A stretch of 32,000 nucleotides of DNA from NCBI RefSeq assembly GCF_036323395.1, contig NZ_AP028907.1:510001-542000 (forward strand), written 5' to 3'. A program made the translations under genes and the position numbers. Within the stretch, counting starts at the first letter, position 1; each line of letters opens with the position of its first letter. The DNA is from Pyrodictium abyssi. GTDB taxonomy: Archaea > Thermoproteota > Thermoprotei_A > Sulfolobales > Pyrodictiaceae. Below the pieces are notes generated by a model that saw only the letters and a list, made by a program, of their open reading frames with translations, was not told the origin of the DNA and did no database searches. Positions 8,589 to 17,084 of this stretch are shown piece by piece.

Positions 8589-10013
8589 GTGACGCTGTTC
8601 GTTGACCGTAGGCGGGAGCTAGGCTGGCTCGAGGAGCACTGGAGGAGCGGCCGCGCCGAGCTGCTACTGGTCTACGGGCGCCGCCGGGTCGGGAAGACCC
8701 GGCTCGTGTGGGAGTGGATGAAGGGGCGCCGGGTCTTCTACTTCGTCGCCGAGGAGGTGCCGGAGCAGAGGCTCCTAGAGAAGCTCAGCCGCGAGCTAGC
8801 CGAGTTCACGGGGGACGAGCTGCTCGGGGAGAGGCCGTTTACCAGCTGGAGGCAGGTGTTCCTCTACCTGGCCCGGCTCGCCGAGAGGGAGAGGATAGGC
8901 TTCATAATCGACGAGTTCCAGTACGCCGCGGCCTCTAGCCCCGGGCTCCTATCCACCCTGCAGGCTGTCTGGGACACCAGGCTCTCCGGGACAAGGGCGT
9001 TCATCCTGCTCATGGGGAGCCTTGTCTCCTTCAGCGAGGGCGTGCTGTCCCAGCGTAGCCCCCTCTACGGCCGGCTAACCGGGGTGATGCGGCTCCAGCC
9101 CCTCGGGCCCTTGGAGGCCAGGTGCTTCGTCCCCGGCTGGGCTCCGTGCGACGCTCTCCGCCTCTACGGCGTCTTCGGCGGAGTCCCCGGCTACCTAGCC
9201 GAGGTGGACCCGGGCGAGAGCCTCTGGGAGAACGTCGAGAGGCTCCTCTTGAGGCCCAACGCCAGGTTCCTAGACGAGGCCCGGTATCTGCTCAGGGAGG
9301 AGCTACGCGAGGTGACCCGCTACTACGCGGTACTAGAGGCCATAGCGGGCGGTGCTACGGGCTACGGCGAGATAGCCTCGCGGAGCGGCGTCCCCGGGGA
9401 GAGCCTCTCCAAGTACCTGAGGGTGCTAGAGGAGATGGGCCTAGTGGAGCGCATAGCCCCGGTCATCGGGAGGGGCAGGGCCCGGTACCGGGTCGCCGAC
9501 CGGTTCCTCGAGTTTTGGTTCCGCTACATACCCCGCCACCGGGCCGCCATAGAGCTGGGCCTCTCCAGGAGGGTGGTCGAGGCGGTCAGGAGGGACTTCG
9601 AGGCCAGCCTGGCGCCCCGGGTCTGGGAAGAGGCCCTCGCCTCCATGGTGGCGGCTATGGCGCGCAGCGGAGAACTAGAGATAGTCCCCACCAGGATGGG
9701 GCCCTGGTGGCACCGGGGCATGGAGATAGACCTGGTGGCGGTTGACGAGACTGTGGAGCCTCCACGGCTCCTCGTGGCCGAGGCTAAGTGGTCCGATCTC
9801 ACAGCCAAGGAGGCCCGTAGGGAGCTAGACCGGCTGAGGGCGAAAACCCAGCACCTCCCCGTGAAGCCGTCCCAGGTCCTCTACGTGCTGGCCGCCCGGG
9901 CGCTGCGGGGCCAGCCGAGCCTACTACCCGACGAGCGCGTGCTAACGCTCGAGGACTACGAGAGGCTCAGCCGCGAGGCATGCAGCCCGGGAGCCGGGGG
10001 CGACACCCATTAG
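8589..10013 (+). CDS. Archaeal AAA ATPase with C-terminal DUF234-type nuclease-like domain
   Basis: FVDRRRELGWLEEHWRSGRAELLLVYGRRRVGKTRLVWEW (Walker A), GFIIDEFQYA (Walker B), wHTH YGEIASRSGVPGESLSKYLRVLEEMGLVER, C-terminal MEIDLVAVDE...LLVAEAKWSD. Confidence 0.9.
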   Translation: MTLFVDRRRELGWLEEHWRSGRAELLLVYGRRRVGKTRLVWEWMKGRRVFYFVAEEVPEQRLLEKLSRELAEFTGDELLGERPFTSWRQVFLYLARLAERERIGFIIDEFQYAAASSPGLLSTLQAVWDTRLSGTRAFILLMGSLVSFSEGVLSQRSPLYGRLTGVMRLQPLGPLEARCFVPGWAPCDALRLYGVFGGVPGYLAEVDPGESLWENVERLLLRPNARFLDEARYLLREELREVTRYYAVLEAIAGGATGYGEIASRSGVPGESLSKYLRVLEEMGLVERIAPVIGRGRARYRVADRFLEFWFRYIPRHRAAIELGLSRRVVEAVRRDFEASLAPRVWEEALASMVAAMARSGELEIVPTRMGPWWHRGMEIDLVAVDETVEPPRLLVAEAKWSDLTAKEARRELDRLRAKTQHLPVKPSQVLYVLAARALRGQPSLLPDERVLTLEDYERLSREACSPGAGGDTH

Positions 10014-10021
10014 CCCCCGCC

Positions 10022-10032
10022 AGGCTATAAGG
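10022..10032 (+). promoter_or_regulatory. Probable archaeal TATA element for the propeller gene
   Basis: AGGCTATAAGG centred about 25 nt upstream of GTG 10051, consistent with a leaderless transcript. Confidence 0.5.
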
Positions 10033-10050
10033 GGCGGGGCTGCGTCTGCG

Positions 10051-11097
10051 GTGAGGCTCCAGCTAGACCAGCTATGGGAGCAACAGGGGCTAGCAGCCGG
10101 GGCCTACGCGGCGGCCTGGAGCCCCGGCTGCAGCAGGCTGGCGGCGCTCAGCGGCGAGAGCCTCCTCATCTACGAGGCCGGGGACGGTGGGCCCCGCCTC
10201 CTCCTAGAGGCGCGGCCCCGGCTCGGCAAGCTCCACGGCCTCGCCTGGAGCCCCGACGGCCGCTACATAGCCCTCGCAGGGGACACGGCTGCGCTAGCGG
10301 TGGTTGACGCGGAGACCGGGGAGACGCTCTACCGTGACCGGGGCCTAGGCCTAGCAGTAAGGTGGGCGGGGGACAGGATAGCAGCCGGCGGCTGGGGCTA
10401 CGTAGCACTCTACCGGTGGCGCGGCGGAGGAGCCGAGAAGGAGTGGGAGAAGACGGTCGAGGGCGCCAGCATAGAAGGGGGTGGCAGAGCCTGGTTCCTC
10501 GCGGCCTCGGCAGTGGAGCTGGCGGGCAACACCGTGCTGGCGGCGGGCTGGTACAGCGAGCGGGGCAGGCTACGCGCAGCGCTGGTAGCCGTGCCGGCCG
10601 GCGGCGAGCCGCGGCTCTACGGGCCCGGGGACCTCGGGCTCCCTGTGCACCGCGACACGATGGCCACGTGGATCAAGGCCAGCAGGGGCGGCGTCGCGGC
10701 TGTCTCGACCCACGAGCAGAGCGGGGAGCAGGCGGGCAGGATACTCGTCCTCCGCGCCACCAGCACCGGGGGTGTCGGCAGGATAGCGGAGCACACGGCC
10801 CAGGGCCCCCTCTACAGCCTCACATGGGCCATAGGCTCGGTAGTGCTAGCAGGCGGCAGCCAGCGTATAGAAGCGTTCCGGCTAGAACTGGAGCTAAACA
10901 GGCTCCGCCGAGCCGATGTAAGGCTCCAGGGCAAGCCGCTGAGCGGCCCCGTGAGGAGCCTCGACTACTGCAGCGAGGCGGACACGCTAGCCGCGGTCGT
11001 GGCGAGGAGGCTCCGGCTCTACCGGCTCGAGGTGCTAGAGGAGGACCCCCTGCCCTGGCTAGCCCAGAGGTACATGGGCTCCCCGGGCCAGGGGTGA
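10051..11097 (+). CDS. Beta-propeller (WD40-like) repeat protein
   Basis: YAAAWSPGCSRLAALSGESLLIYEA, LHGLAWSPDGRYIALAGDTAALAVVDAETGETLY, LYSLTWAIGSVVLAGGSQRIEAFRLE repeats. Confidence 0.65.
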   Translation: MRLQLDQLWEQQGLAAGAYAAAWSPGCSRLAALSGESLLIYEAGDGGPRLLLEARPRLGKLHGLAWSPDGRYIALAGDTAALAVVDAETGETLYRDRGLGLAVRWAGDRIAAGGWGYVALYRWRGGGAEKEWEKTVEGASIEGGGRAWFLAASAVELAGNTVLAAGWYSERGRLRAALVAVPAGGEPRLYGPGDLGLPVHRDTMATWIKASRGGVAAVSTHEQSGEQAGRILVLRATSTGGVGRIAEHTAQGPLYSLTWAIGSVVLAGGSQRIEAFRLELELNRLRRADVRLQGKPLSGPVRSLDYCSEADTLAAVVARRLRLYRLEVLEEDPLPWLAQRYMGSPGQG

Positions 11098-11202
11098 CGG
11101 GCTCTGTTGCGCCCGGCTCTGAGGATATAGCCGTCATCGCGTCCGGTGCTCCCGGGTAGGGGTGGCCCCGGCACGGCAGGCACAGCCGGCAGGAAGAAGA
11201 GC

Positions 11203-13638
11203 ATGAGGATAACTGTTGATGAGCAGCGACAGGCGGCTATGAAGCTGCGTGTGCTCGGCATGCACTGTGCGAACTGCGCCGTGACGATCGAGAAGGCTCT
11301 GCGCAGAGTAAGGGGCGTCAAAAGGGCCTCGGTGAACTTCGCCACCGGGGAGGCAGTGGTCGAGCTCGACCCCTCGGCAGCGAGCCTCGGGGAGATAGTA
11401 AGGGCTGTGCGCGACGCTGGCTACGACGTCTACCGCGAGGAAGCCGTGCTCATAGTCGAGAATCTTAGCACGCCCAGCGACGAGCTCACAGTAGAGAACC
11501 GGCTGTCAAGGATACCGGGCGTCGTCGAGGCTAGGGCCCTCCACGCCGCCAAGAAGGTGATAGTGGCCTACAACCCCCTAGCAGTGACTGTCGACGAGAT
11601 ACGGGAGCAGCTAGAGTCGATGGGCTACCGCGTGGCGAGGGTCGCGGCCGAGGAGACAGGTCTCGAGGACATCGAGCAGAGGATAGCAGAGCGCGAGGTC
11701 GCCGAGCTGAAGCGGCTCGTGCTCCTCACCCTCCCGCCCTCGATTGCACTGGGCCTGCTAATGTACCTGGGTAGGCCCCTGCTGGGTCTCCCCAAGCACG
11801 TGGTCGACCTCGCGGGCCTCCTGGTAGCCACGTTCGTGCTAGCGGTCGGAGGGCGCAGGTTCTTCGCCGGCGCAGCTAGGTCGCTGAGGAACCTGTCGGC
11901 CGGCATGGATACCCTTGTAGTCCTCGGCAGCGGCGCCGCCTATGTCCTCAGTATAGCTGCTATGCTAGGCCTCCTGGAGTCCGAGACGTACTTCGAGGCA
12001 CCAGCATTCATAGTCTCCTTCATACTGCTGGGCAGGCTCATTGAGGCGAAGATGAAGCTGCGTACCGGCGAGGCGGTCCGGAAGCTGCTCGAGCTACAGC
12101 CCCCGGTAGCGAGGCTGGTAAGGAATGGAACCGAGGAGGGGGTTCCGCTAAGCCGTGTCCGTGTCGGAGACCTAGTCGCCGTGAAGCTTGGCGAGCGGAT
12201 ACCGGTCGACGGCGTCGTCGAGGAGGGCCACGGCTACGTTGACGAGTCGATGGTGACCGGCGAGCCCGTACCCGTGGAGAAGAAGCCAGGCAGCCCCGTG
12301 ATAGCCGGGACCCTGCTAACGACGGGCTACCTCCGTGTCCGCGTAACGCGCGTAGGCCGGGACACAGTGCTCGCCCAGATAGTCAAGCTCGTGAGGCAGG
12401 CCCAGGCCGGCAAACCCCCGATACAGCGCCTCGTCGACAGAGTCGCTGGCGTGTTCGCGTGGCTCGTCATGGGGATCGCGGTGGCGACATTCACCTACTG
12501 GTACCTCGTGGAGGGCCTGCCGCTCGGAAAGGCACTCGTCTTCCTCGCCTCCGTGCTGCTCATCGCCTGCCCCTGCGCCCTAGGCCTAGCCTCACCCCTA
12601 GCAGTGGTCGCAGGGCTCGGCCACGCTGCGAGACGCGGCGTGGTGATAAGGAACGTCGAGTGCGTAGAGAAGGCGGCCAAGCTGACAATGGTTGTCTTCG
12701 ATAAGACGGGTACCCTCACAGTCGGCCGCCCAGAGGTCGTAGAGGTGAAGGCCTACGGCCTCCCGGAGGACCAGCTGCTAGCCCTAGCCGCGGCAGCCGA
12801 GAAGAGGAGCGAGCACCCGATAGCAAGATCCATCGTGGAAGCAGCCAGCAGGGCTGGGGCCGAGCCCCCGGAGCTAGAGAGCTTCACACCGATCCCCGGC
12901 CAGGGCGTCGTAGCAGTAGTCTCCGGCAGGACAGTGGCAGTGGGCAACGAGAAGCTGATGAAGGGCTTCGAGGTGGACACCTCCCGGGCCGAGAAGGACG
13001 CAGAGAGGCTCCGCGAGCTAGGCGCGACAATAGTATACGTCGCGGTAGACGGCCAGCTAGCCGGCATACTAGCGGTCGCCGACAAGCCTAGGCCCCACGC
13101 ACGCGAGGTCATCGAGACCCTGCGCCGCATGGGGCTACGCGTAGCAATGCTGACCGGCGACAACCGGACAACAGCCCACGCCGTGGCCAGGCAACTGGGC
13201 ATAGACCACGTCATAGCCGAGGCAAGCCCAGAGGACAAGGCGGACGAGATACGCAGGCTTCAGCGCAGCGGCGAGGTCGTAGCGATGGTCGGCGACGGGG
13301 TCAACGACGCGGCGAGCCTCGCACAGGCCGACGTAGGCATAGCCATGGGGCGAGGCACCGACATAGCCAAGGAGGCCGGCGACATAGTCCTCGTACGCGA
13401 CGACCTACGCGGAGTCATAACAGCCATAAGGGCCGCCAGGGGCATCTACAGGCTCATCAAGCTAAACCTCCTCTGGGCCTTCCTCTACAACGCAACCCTA
13501 ATCCCAATCGCGGCAGGCGCACTCTACTCCTCACACGGAGTCATGCTGCGCCCAGAGGCAGCGGCAGCAGCCATGGCGCTAAGCTCCATATCCGTGACCC
13601 TCAACACGCTAATCCTAAGCAAGCGCATAATACGGTGA
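11203..13638 (+). CDS. copA: Cu+-exporting P1B-type ATPase
   Basis: N-terminal HMA domain LGMHCANCAVTIEKAL, CPC motif ACPCALGLASP, phosphorylation site VVFDKTGTLTVG, HP motif SEHPIA, TGDN and MVGDGVNDAASLAQADVGIAMG. ATG 11203 preferred over ORF start 11146. Confidence 0.96.
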   Translation: MRITVDEQRQAAMKLRVLGMHCANCAVTIEKALRRVRGVKRASVNFATGEAVVELDPSAASLGEIVRAVRDAGYDVYREEAVLIVENLSTPSDELTVENRLSRIPGVVEARALHAAKKVIVAYNPLAVTVDEIREQLESMGYRVARVAAEETGLEDIEQRIAEREVAELKRLVLLTLPPSIALGLLMYLGRPLLGLPKHVVDLAGLLVATFVLAVGGRRFFAGAARSLRNLSAGMDTLVVLGSGAAYVLSIAAMLGLLESETYFEAPAFIVSFILLGRLIEAKMKLRTGEAVRKLLELQPPVARLVRNGTEEGVPLSRVRVGDLVAVKLGERIPVDGVVEEGHGYVDESMVTGEPVPVEKKPGSPVIAGTLLTTGYLRVRVTRVGRDTVLAQIVKLVRQAQAGKPPIQRLVDRVAGVFAWLVMGIAVATFTYWYLVEGLPLGKALVFLASVLLIACPCALGLASPLAVVAGLGHAARRGVVIRNVECVEKAAKLTMVVFDKTGTLTVGRPEVVEVKAYGLPEDQLLALAAAAEKRSEHPIARSIVEAASRAGAEPPELESFTPIPGQGVVAVVSGRTVAVGNEKLMKGFEVDTSRAEKDAERLRELGATIVYVAVDGQLAGILAVADKPRPHAREVIETLRRMGLRVAMLTGDNRTTAHAVARQLGIDHVIAEASPEDKADEIRRLQRSGEVVAMVGDGVNDAASLAQADVGIAMGRGTDIAKEAGDIVLVRDDLRGVITAIRAARGIYRLIKLNLLWAFLYNATLIPIAAGALYSSHGVMLRPEAAAAAMALSSISVTLNTLILSKRIIR

Positions 13639-13784
13639 CACACAGCGGCCTCCAGGACGCTACGCCAGCCATGACACGCCATGGACGGGTAGCCCTGGGG
13701 CGGGCTACACCCCGGGTAGCAGGCGGCTAGAACCAGAAAACACCGGAGACTGTCTAAGCCAATACAAACCCGGAGGGAGAAGGT

Positions 13785-13976
13785 ATGGCCAGCCACGAGG
13801 CGGTGGACCCCGTCTGCGGGATGAAGGTAGACCCCCAGAAGACGCCCTACAGGACAGTCTACCGGGGCCGGATATACTACTTCTGCAGCCCGATGTGCAA
13901 GAAGGAGTTCGAGAAGAACCCAGACTACTACCTAGAGCACGGCCCACAGGGCATGCCAGGCCACAACCACGGCTAG
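13785..13976 (+). CDS. YHS-domain small protein, probably copper associated
   Basis: VDPVCGMKVDPQKTPYRTVYRGRIYYFCSPMCKKEFEKNPDYYLEHGPQGMPGHNHG, directly downstream of copA. Confidence 0.85.
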   Translation: MASHEAVDPVCGMKVDPQKTPYRTVYRGRIYYFCSPMCKKEFEKNPDYYLEHGPQGMPGHNHG

Positions 13977-14305
13977 AACGCGCCAGTTGCTAGATGATAT
14001 ACAGCAGCCCGGTCCATGATAACAGTGTAAATAGGGACTACGTCGTGCTATGATAGCTGAAATTTTTCTTGTATAGTAAAGTGTGTAGTAAAGTCCCGTA
14101 GGCTCGTAAAGTGTCTCGGGGCATCATATCCTGGAGGCTCCGTGTAATGCTCTTATTACCTGTCTTCTGGTACGAGCCATGGAGCGTTCCCCGGCCAGTT
14201 TGTAGTAGCGGAGGTGGGGGCCTGCCTTAGCCTCTTGCTTGCCTCGGTGGTGCTCGTCTGGGGCTGTACATGGGTCTAGTGGAGAGTGGCTAGCCTTCAC
14301 TCCGA

Positions 14306-14315
14306 GGCTTAAACC
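14306..14315 (+). promoter_or_regulatory. Putative TATA element (GGCTTAAACC) upstream of the nuclease-like gene
   Basis: GAGGCTTAAACCTTGG about 45 nt upstream of TTG 14356. Confidence 0.4.
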
Positions 14316-14355
14316 TTGGTCCTAGATGCTCGGGGTTGACGCATACTAGGAGGAT

Positions 14356-15186
14356 TTGGAGGGTATGGTGTCCCGGAGCGAGTTTTGGGGTAGACTACTC
14401 CAGCACTTGTCTGGTATCGTCGAGGGCCTCGGGGAGGGCGAGTGCAGCAAGCCGCTGAGCCTCGCGGAGGCTGCTGCGGACATCGGCGTAGACTACGGTA
14501 GGGTGAAGGCGCCTCAGCTGATCTCGATAGACGTGCTCGAGGACCTTCCGCGTGTCCTGCGCAGCCACGGCTTGTACGTGGTTAGGCTTGGGCAGTACCA
14601 TACGGGTAGGGCGTCGTTTATACTGTGCAGAGCCCGGCCCGGCTACCGGAGGGAGGTGCTCCGCCCGGAAGACGTCTCGGCTGCTCCTCGTCTCCCCGTT
14701 GAGCCCAGGCAGCCGCCCCGCTGGGTCGTGGAGCTAGCTGGGCACCTGGGCGCCGAGGCGCTGGCCTCAGTAGCAGCGGTCGAGCTGGTCGAGGCGCTGG
14801 CCCGGGGCGGGAAGGTCTACATGTTGTCGTCGCTACGCTTCGGCAACGCGGTGTTCCGGTTCCAGCCATCCAGCTGCTCGGAGACATACACCTACCGTGG
14901 CCAGGTTGAGGTGGATGCTGTGCTGGGAGAGGGCAGCGTCTACACGCTCGAGGCGAAGACGCTTAGCAGGAGGCGCTCGGTCTTCAAGTACAAGATCGCC
15001 TTCTCCGCGCAGGCGCTCGCGGAGACGCTCGGGCAAGAGGTGCATCCGCTGGTAGCCTTCGTGGAGAAACGCGGCGGCTCCCTAGCAGCCGTGGCGGCCC
15101 TACTAGCCCCGGCAGCCGTGCCGGGTACGCCCTACCCTGTTGAGGAGATGAGGCCCCGTGTCAGGCTAGCCGTGGAGATACTGTAG
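14356..15186 (+). CDS. Uncharacterised protein with PD-(D/E)XK nuclease-like motif
   Basis: SETYTYRGQVEVDAVLGEGSVYTLEAKTLSRRRSVFKYKIAFSAQAL fits E...D-x(n)-ExK. TTG start with upstream AGGAGG; ATG 14365 is an alternative. Confidence 0.55.
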   Translation: MEGMVSRSEFWGRLLQHLSGIVEGLGEGECSKPLSLAEAAADIGVDYGRVKAPQLISIDVLEDLPRVLRSHGLYVVRLGQYHTGRASFILCRARPGYRREVLRPEDVSAAPRLPVEPRQPPRWVVELAGHLGAEALASVAAVELVEALARGGKVYMLSSLRFGNAVFRFQPSSCSETYTYRGQVEVDAVLGEGSVYTLEAKTLSRRRSVFKYKIAFSAQALAETLGQEVHPLVAFVEKRGGSLAAVAALLAPAAVPGTPYPVEEMRPRVRLAVEIL

Positions 15187-15260
15187 CGCAGGGGGAGAAC
15201 CCGGGACCGTGGGCACTGGGGGTTGGGCGCCGCCCGTGTGGACCCCGCCCTCATCCCTTC

Positions 15261-15300
15261 CCGGGGTGCCGCCCCGGCGTCGTGGGCGGGTGAGCCGCCC
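15261..15300 (+). repeat. Two tandem GC-rich 17-nt hairpins
   Basis: CCGGGG-TGCCG-CCCCGG (15261-15277) and GGGCGG-GTGAG-CCGCCC (15284-15300). Confidence 0.7.
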
Positions 15301-15330
15301 GCCCGGTGTAGCGCCTCCTAGGGGCCCTGG

Positions 15331-15340
15331 GGCTTAAACC
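15331..15340 (+). promoter_or_regulatory. Putative TATA element (GGCTTAAACC) upstream of mscS
   Basis: Centred 38 nt upstream of GTG 15374; same decamer as at 14306. Confidence 0.45.
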
Positions 15341-15373
15341 CTGGGCTCTCCTGGGCTATGGTAAGAGTGTAGC

Positions 15374-16303
15374 GTGGATGAGGGGCTCTCCTGGGGGGCT
15401 GCTGTGGCTGAGTCGCTTGCGCGGCTGCTGGAGACGGTGGGCGTCTACCTCTACAAGGGCGCGGTGTTCACAGCGGTTCTGCTCGTGGGCGTAGCTGTGT
15501 CTATGCTTGTCCGGCGTATGGTGCGGCGTACGCTTGAGCTGAGCCAGCTGCCGATGGCTGTGGTGGATGTGGCGTCTAAGCTGAGCTACTACGCGCTGGT
15601 CGCGCTGGCGGGGGTTATCGCGCTCGGTGTGGCTGGGTTCGATGTGACGGGGTTCGCGTTCGCTGGTAGCCTGATAGGCGTGGCTCTGGGTTTCGCGAGC
15701 CAGACTGTGGCGTCGAACTTCTTTAGCGGCCTCTTCCTCTACTTCGATAAGCCGCTGCGGCCCGGGGACGTAGTGGAGCTGCCCGAGATGGGTATAATGG
15801 GCCGGGTCGAGGACATAACCATGTTCTCTACGCGTATAACTACGCTCGACGGGCTCCGGGTCCGCGTCCCCAACGAGTCCGTGTTCCGGAGCACCATCAA
15901 GAACCTCTACAGCCACCCTGTCCGGAGGATAGAGTACCGGGTCGGGATAAGCTACCGGAGCAGCATAGAGGAGGCCCGGAGGGCGATACTCCGGGTCCTC
16001 GAGGGGCACCCCCTGGTCCTAGCGGAGCCCGCGCCCAGGGTCTTCGTGGAGGAGCTGGGCGATAGCGCTGTGGTGCTCCGGGTGATGTTCTGGGTGCCTA
16101 GCCTGAAGTGGCTAGAGGTGAAGTGGGAGCTACTGGGCAGGATAAAGGAGGAGCTGGACCGCGCTGGCGTGGAGATACCGTTCCCGCAGCGCGTAGTCTG
16201 GCTAAAGATGGAGCAGGGGGCCGGGGAGCCCGGGGAGGCGGTGCCGGGTGCACCAGCGGCCGGCCTGGAGGATGCTCTCGCGGGCGCTACTGGAGGCTCT
16301 TGA
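15374..16303 (+). CDS. mscS: Small-conductance mechanosensitive channel (MscS family)
   Basis: VASKLSYYALVALAGVIALGVAGFDVTGFAFAGSLIGVALGFASQTVASNFFSGLFLYFDKPLRPGDVVEL and TTLDGLRVRVPNESVFRSTIKNL. Confidence 0.95.
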   Translation: MDEGLSWGAAVAESLARLLETVGVYLYKGAVFTAVLLVGVAVSMLVRRMVRRTLELSQLPMAVVDVASKLSYYALVALAGVIALGVAGFDVTGFAFAGSLIGVALGFASQTVASNFFSGLFLYFDKPLRPGDVVELPEMGIMGRVEDITMFSTRITTLDGLRVRVPNESVFRSTIKNLYSHPVRRIEYRVGISYRSSIEEARRAILRVLEGHPLVLAEPAPRVFVEELGDSAVVLRVMFWVPSLKWLEVKWELLGRIKEELDRAGVEIPFPQRVVWLKMEQGAGEPGEAVPGAPAAGLEDALAGATGGS

Positions 16304-17084
16304 CGGGCCTCTGAGGCGTTGGGCCGGGCTCGGCGTCGTGGACGCGTTCGCCGGCCGTAGCCACGTCTACGTGGAGCTCGAGGGCGGCTGGTGCGGCGTC
16401 AGCCTGGTCCCGCACTGGCTGCCCGTAGAGCCGCTCGACGAGCGTCTAGAGGACGCTACGCCCCGGATGCTGGCCCGGCTAGCGGGCCGCGGCTTGCCCC
16501 TCGCAGCCGCCTTCGCGGTGGCGGCGGTGAACGCGGTGACCAGCGCCTGGATAGAGTGCACGGCCGAGCCCGGCGTGGAGGTGCAGCGCCGCAGCCTAGC
16601 AGAGGTCCTGGGCGCCGGGAGGGGGGACAGGGTGGTGCTCCTAGGCTACATGGCCGGGCTGGCCCGGGAGCTAGGCGTGGCCGGCGCCGAGGTCCTGGTC
16701 GCGGAGCTGGATCCGGCCCTGCGGGGGGAGGCGCGCCGCGCGGGCTACCATGTGCTGGAGACGATCGAGGAGACGCTAGGGGCTCTGCGCTCTGCGAGCC
16801 TCGTGGTCGCGTCTGGGAGCGCTGTGCTGGACCCGCCGCGGCTCCTCGAGGAGTTCGCCGCGGCCCGGGCTGCGCGGGAGCGCGTGCTCGTAGGCCACAC
16901 CTCTAGCTTCCACCCGGTGGTCGGCGCGAGGCTGGGGGCCACGATCGTGGCTGGCACGTATATCGACCGTGGTGTGTGCCGCGAGCTCCGCTGGACTGTG
17001 GCGGCGGGTGGTGGGCCGCACCGCGCCGAGACGAGGAGGAGGATACGGCTAGTCAAGTGGGTCGCGAGGACGCCCCAGGGCTAG
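16272..17084 (+). CDS. DUF364/DUF4213-like protein (putative heavy-metal chelation fold)
   Basis: AFAVAAVNAVTSAW, VVLLGYMAGLARELG, ...LVVASGSAVLDPPRLLEEFAAARAARERVLVGHTSSFHPVV. ATG 16272 would shorten the overlap with mscS seen for ORF start 16248. Confidence 0.65.
   Translation: MLSRALLEALDGPLRRWAGLGVVDAFAGRSHVYVELEGGWCGVSLVPHWLPVEPLDERLEDATPRMLARLAGRGLPLAAAFAVAAVNAVTSAWIECTAEPGVEVQRRSLAEVLGAGRGDRVVLLGYMAGLARELGVAGAEVLVAELDPALRGEARRAGYHVLETIEETLGALRSASLVVASGSAVLDPPRLLEEFAAARAARERVLVGHTSSFHPVVGARLGATIVAGTYIDRGVCRELRWTVAAGGGPHRAETRRRIRLVKWVARTPQG

Noticed and set aside
10074-11159. Alternative plus-strand ORFs over the propeller gene (10074-10307, 10362-11159)
   Set aside because: Composition is Arg/Gly/Ala-rich and frame-shadow-like, while 10051-11097 has clear propeller repeats.
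13977-14355. Possible C/D-box sRNA (ATGATAT, CATGATA, CTGA-like boxes)
   Set aside because: The boxes do not match RTGATGA well and the guide geometry is not convincing.
15356-16009. 217-aa minus-strand ORF opposite mscS
   Set aside because: It is His/Arg/Pro-rich and antisense to a conserved MscS domain.
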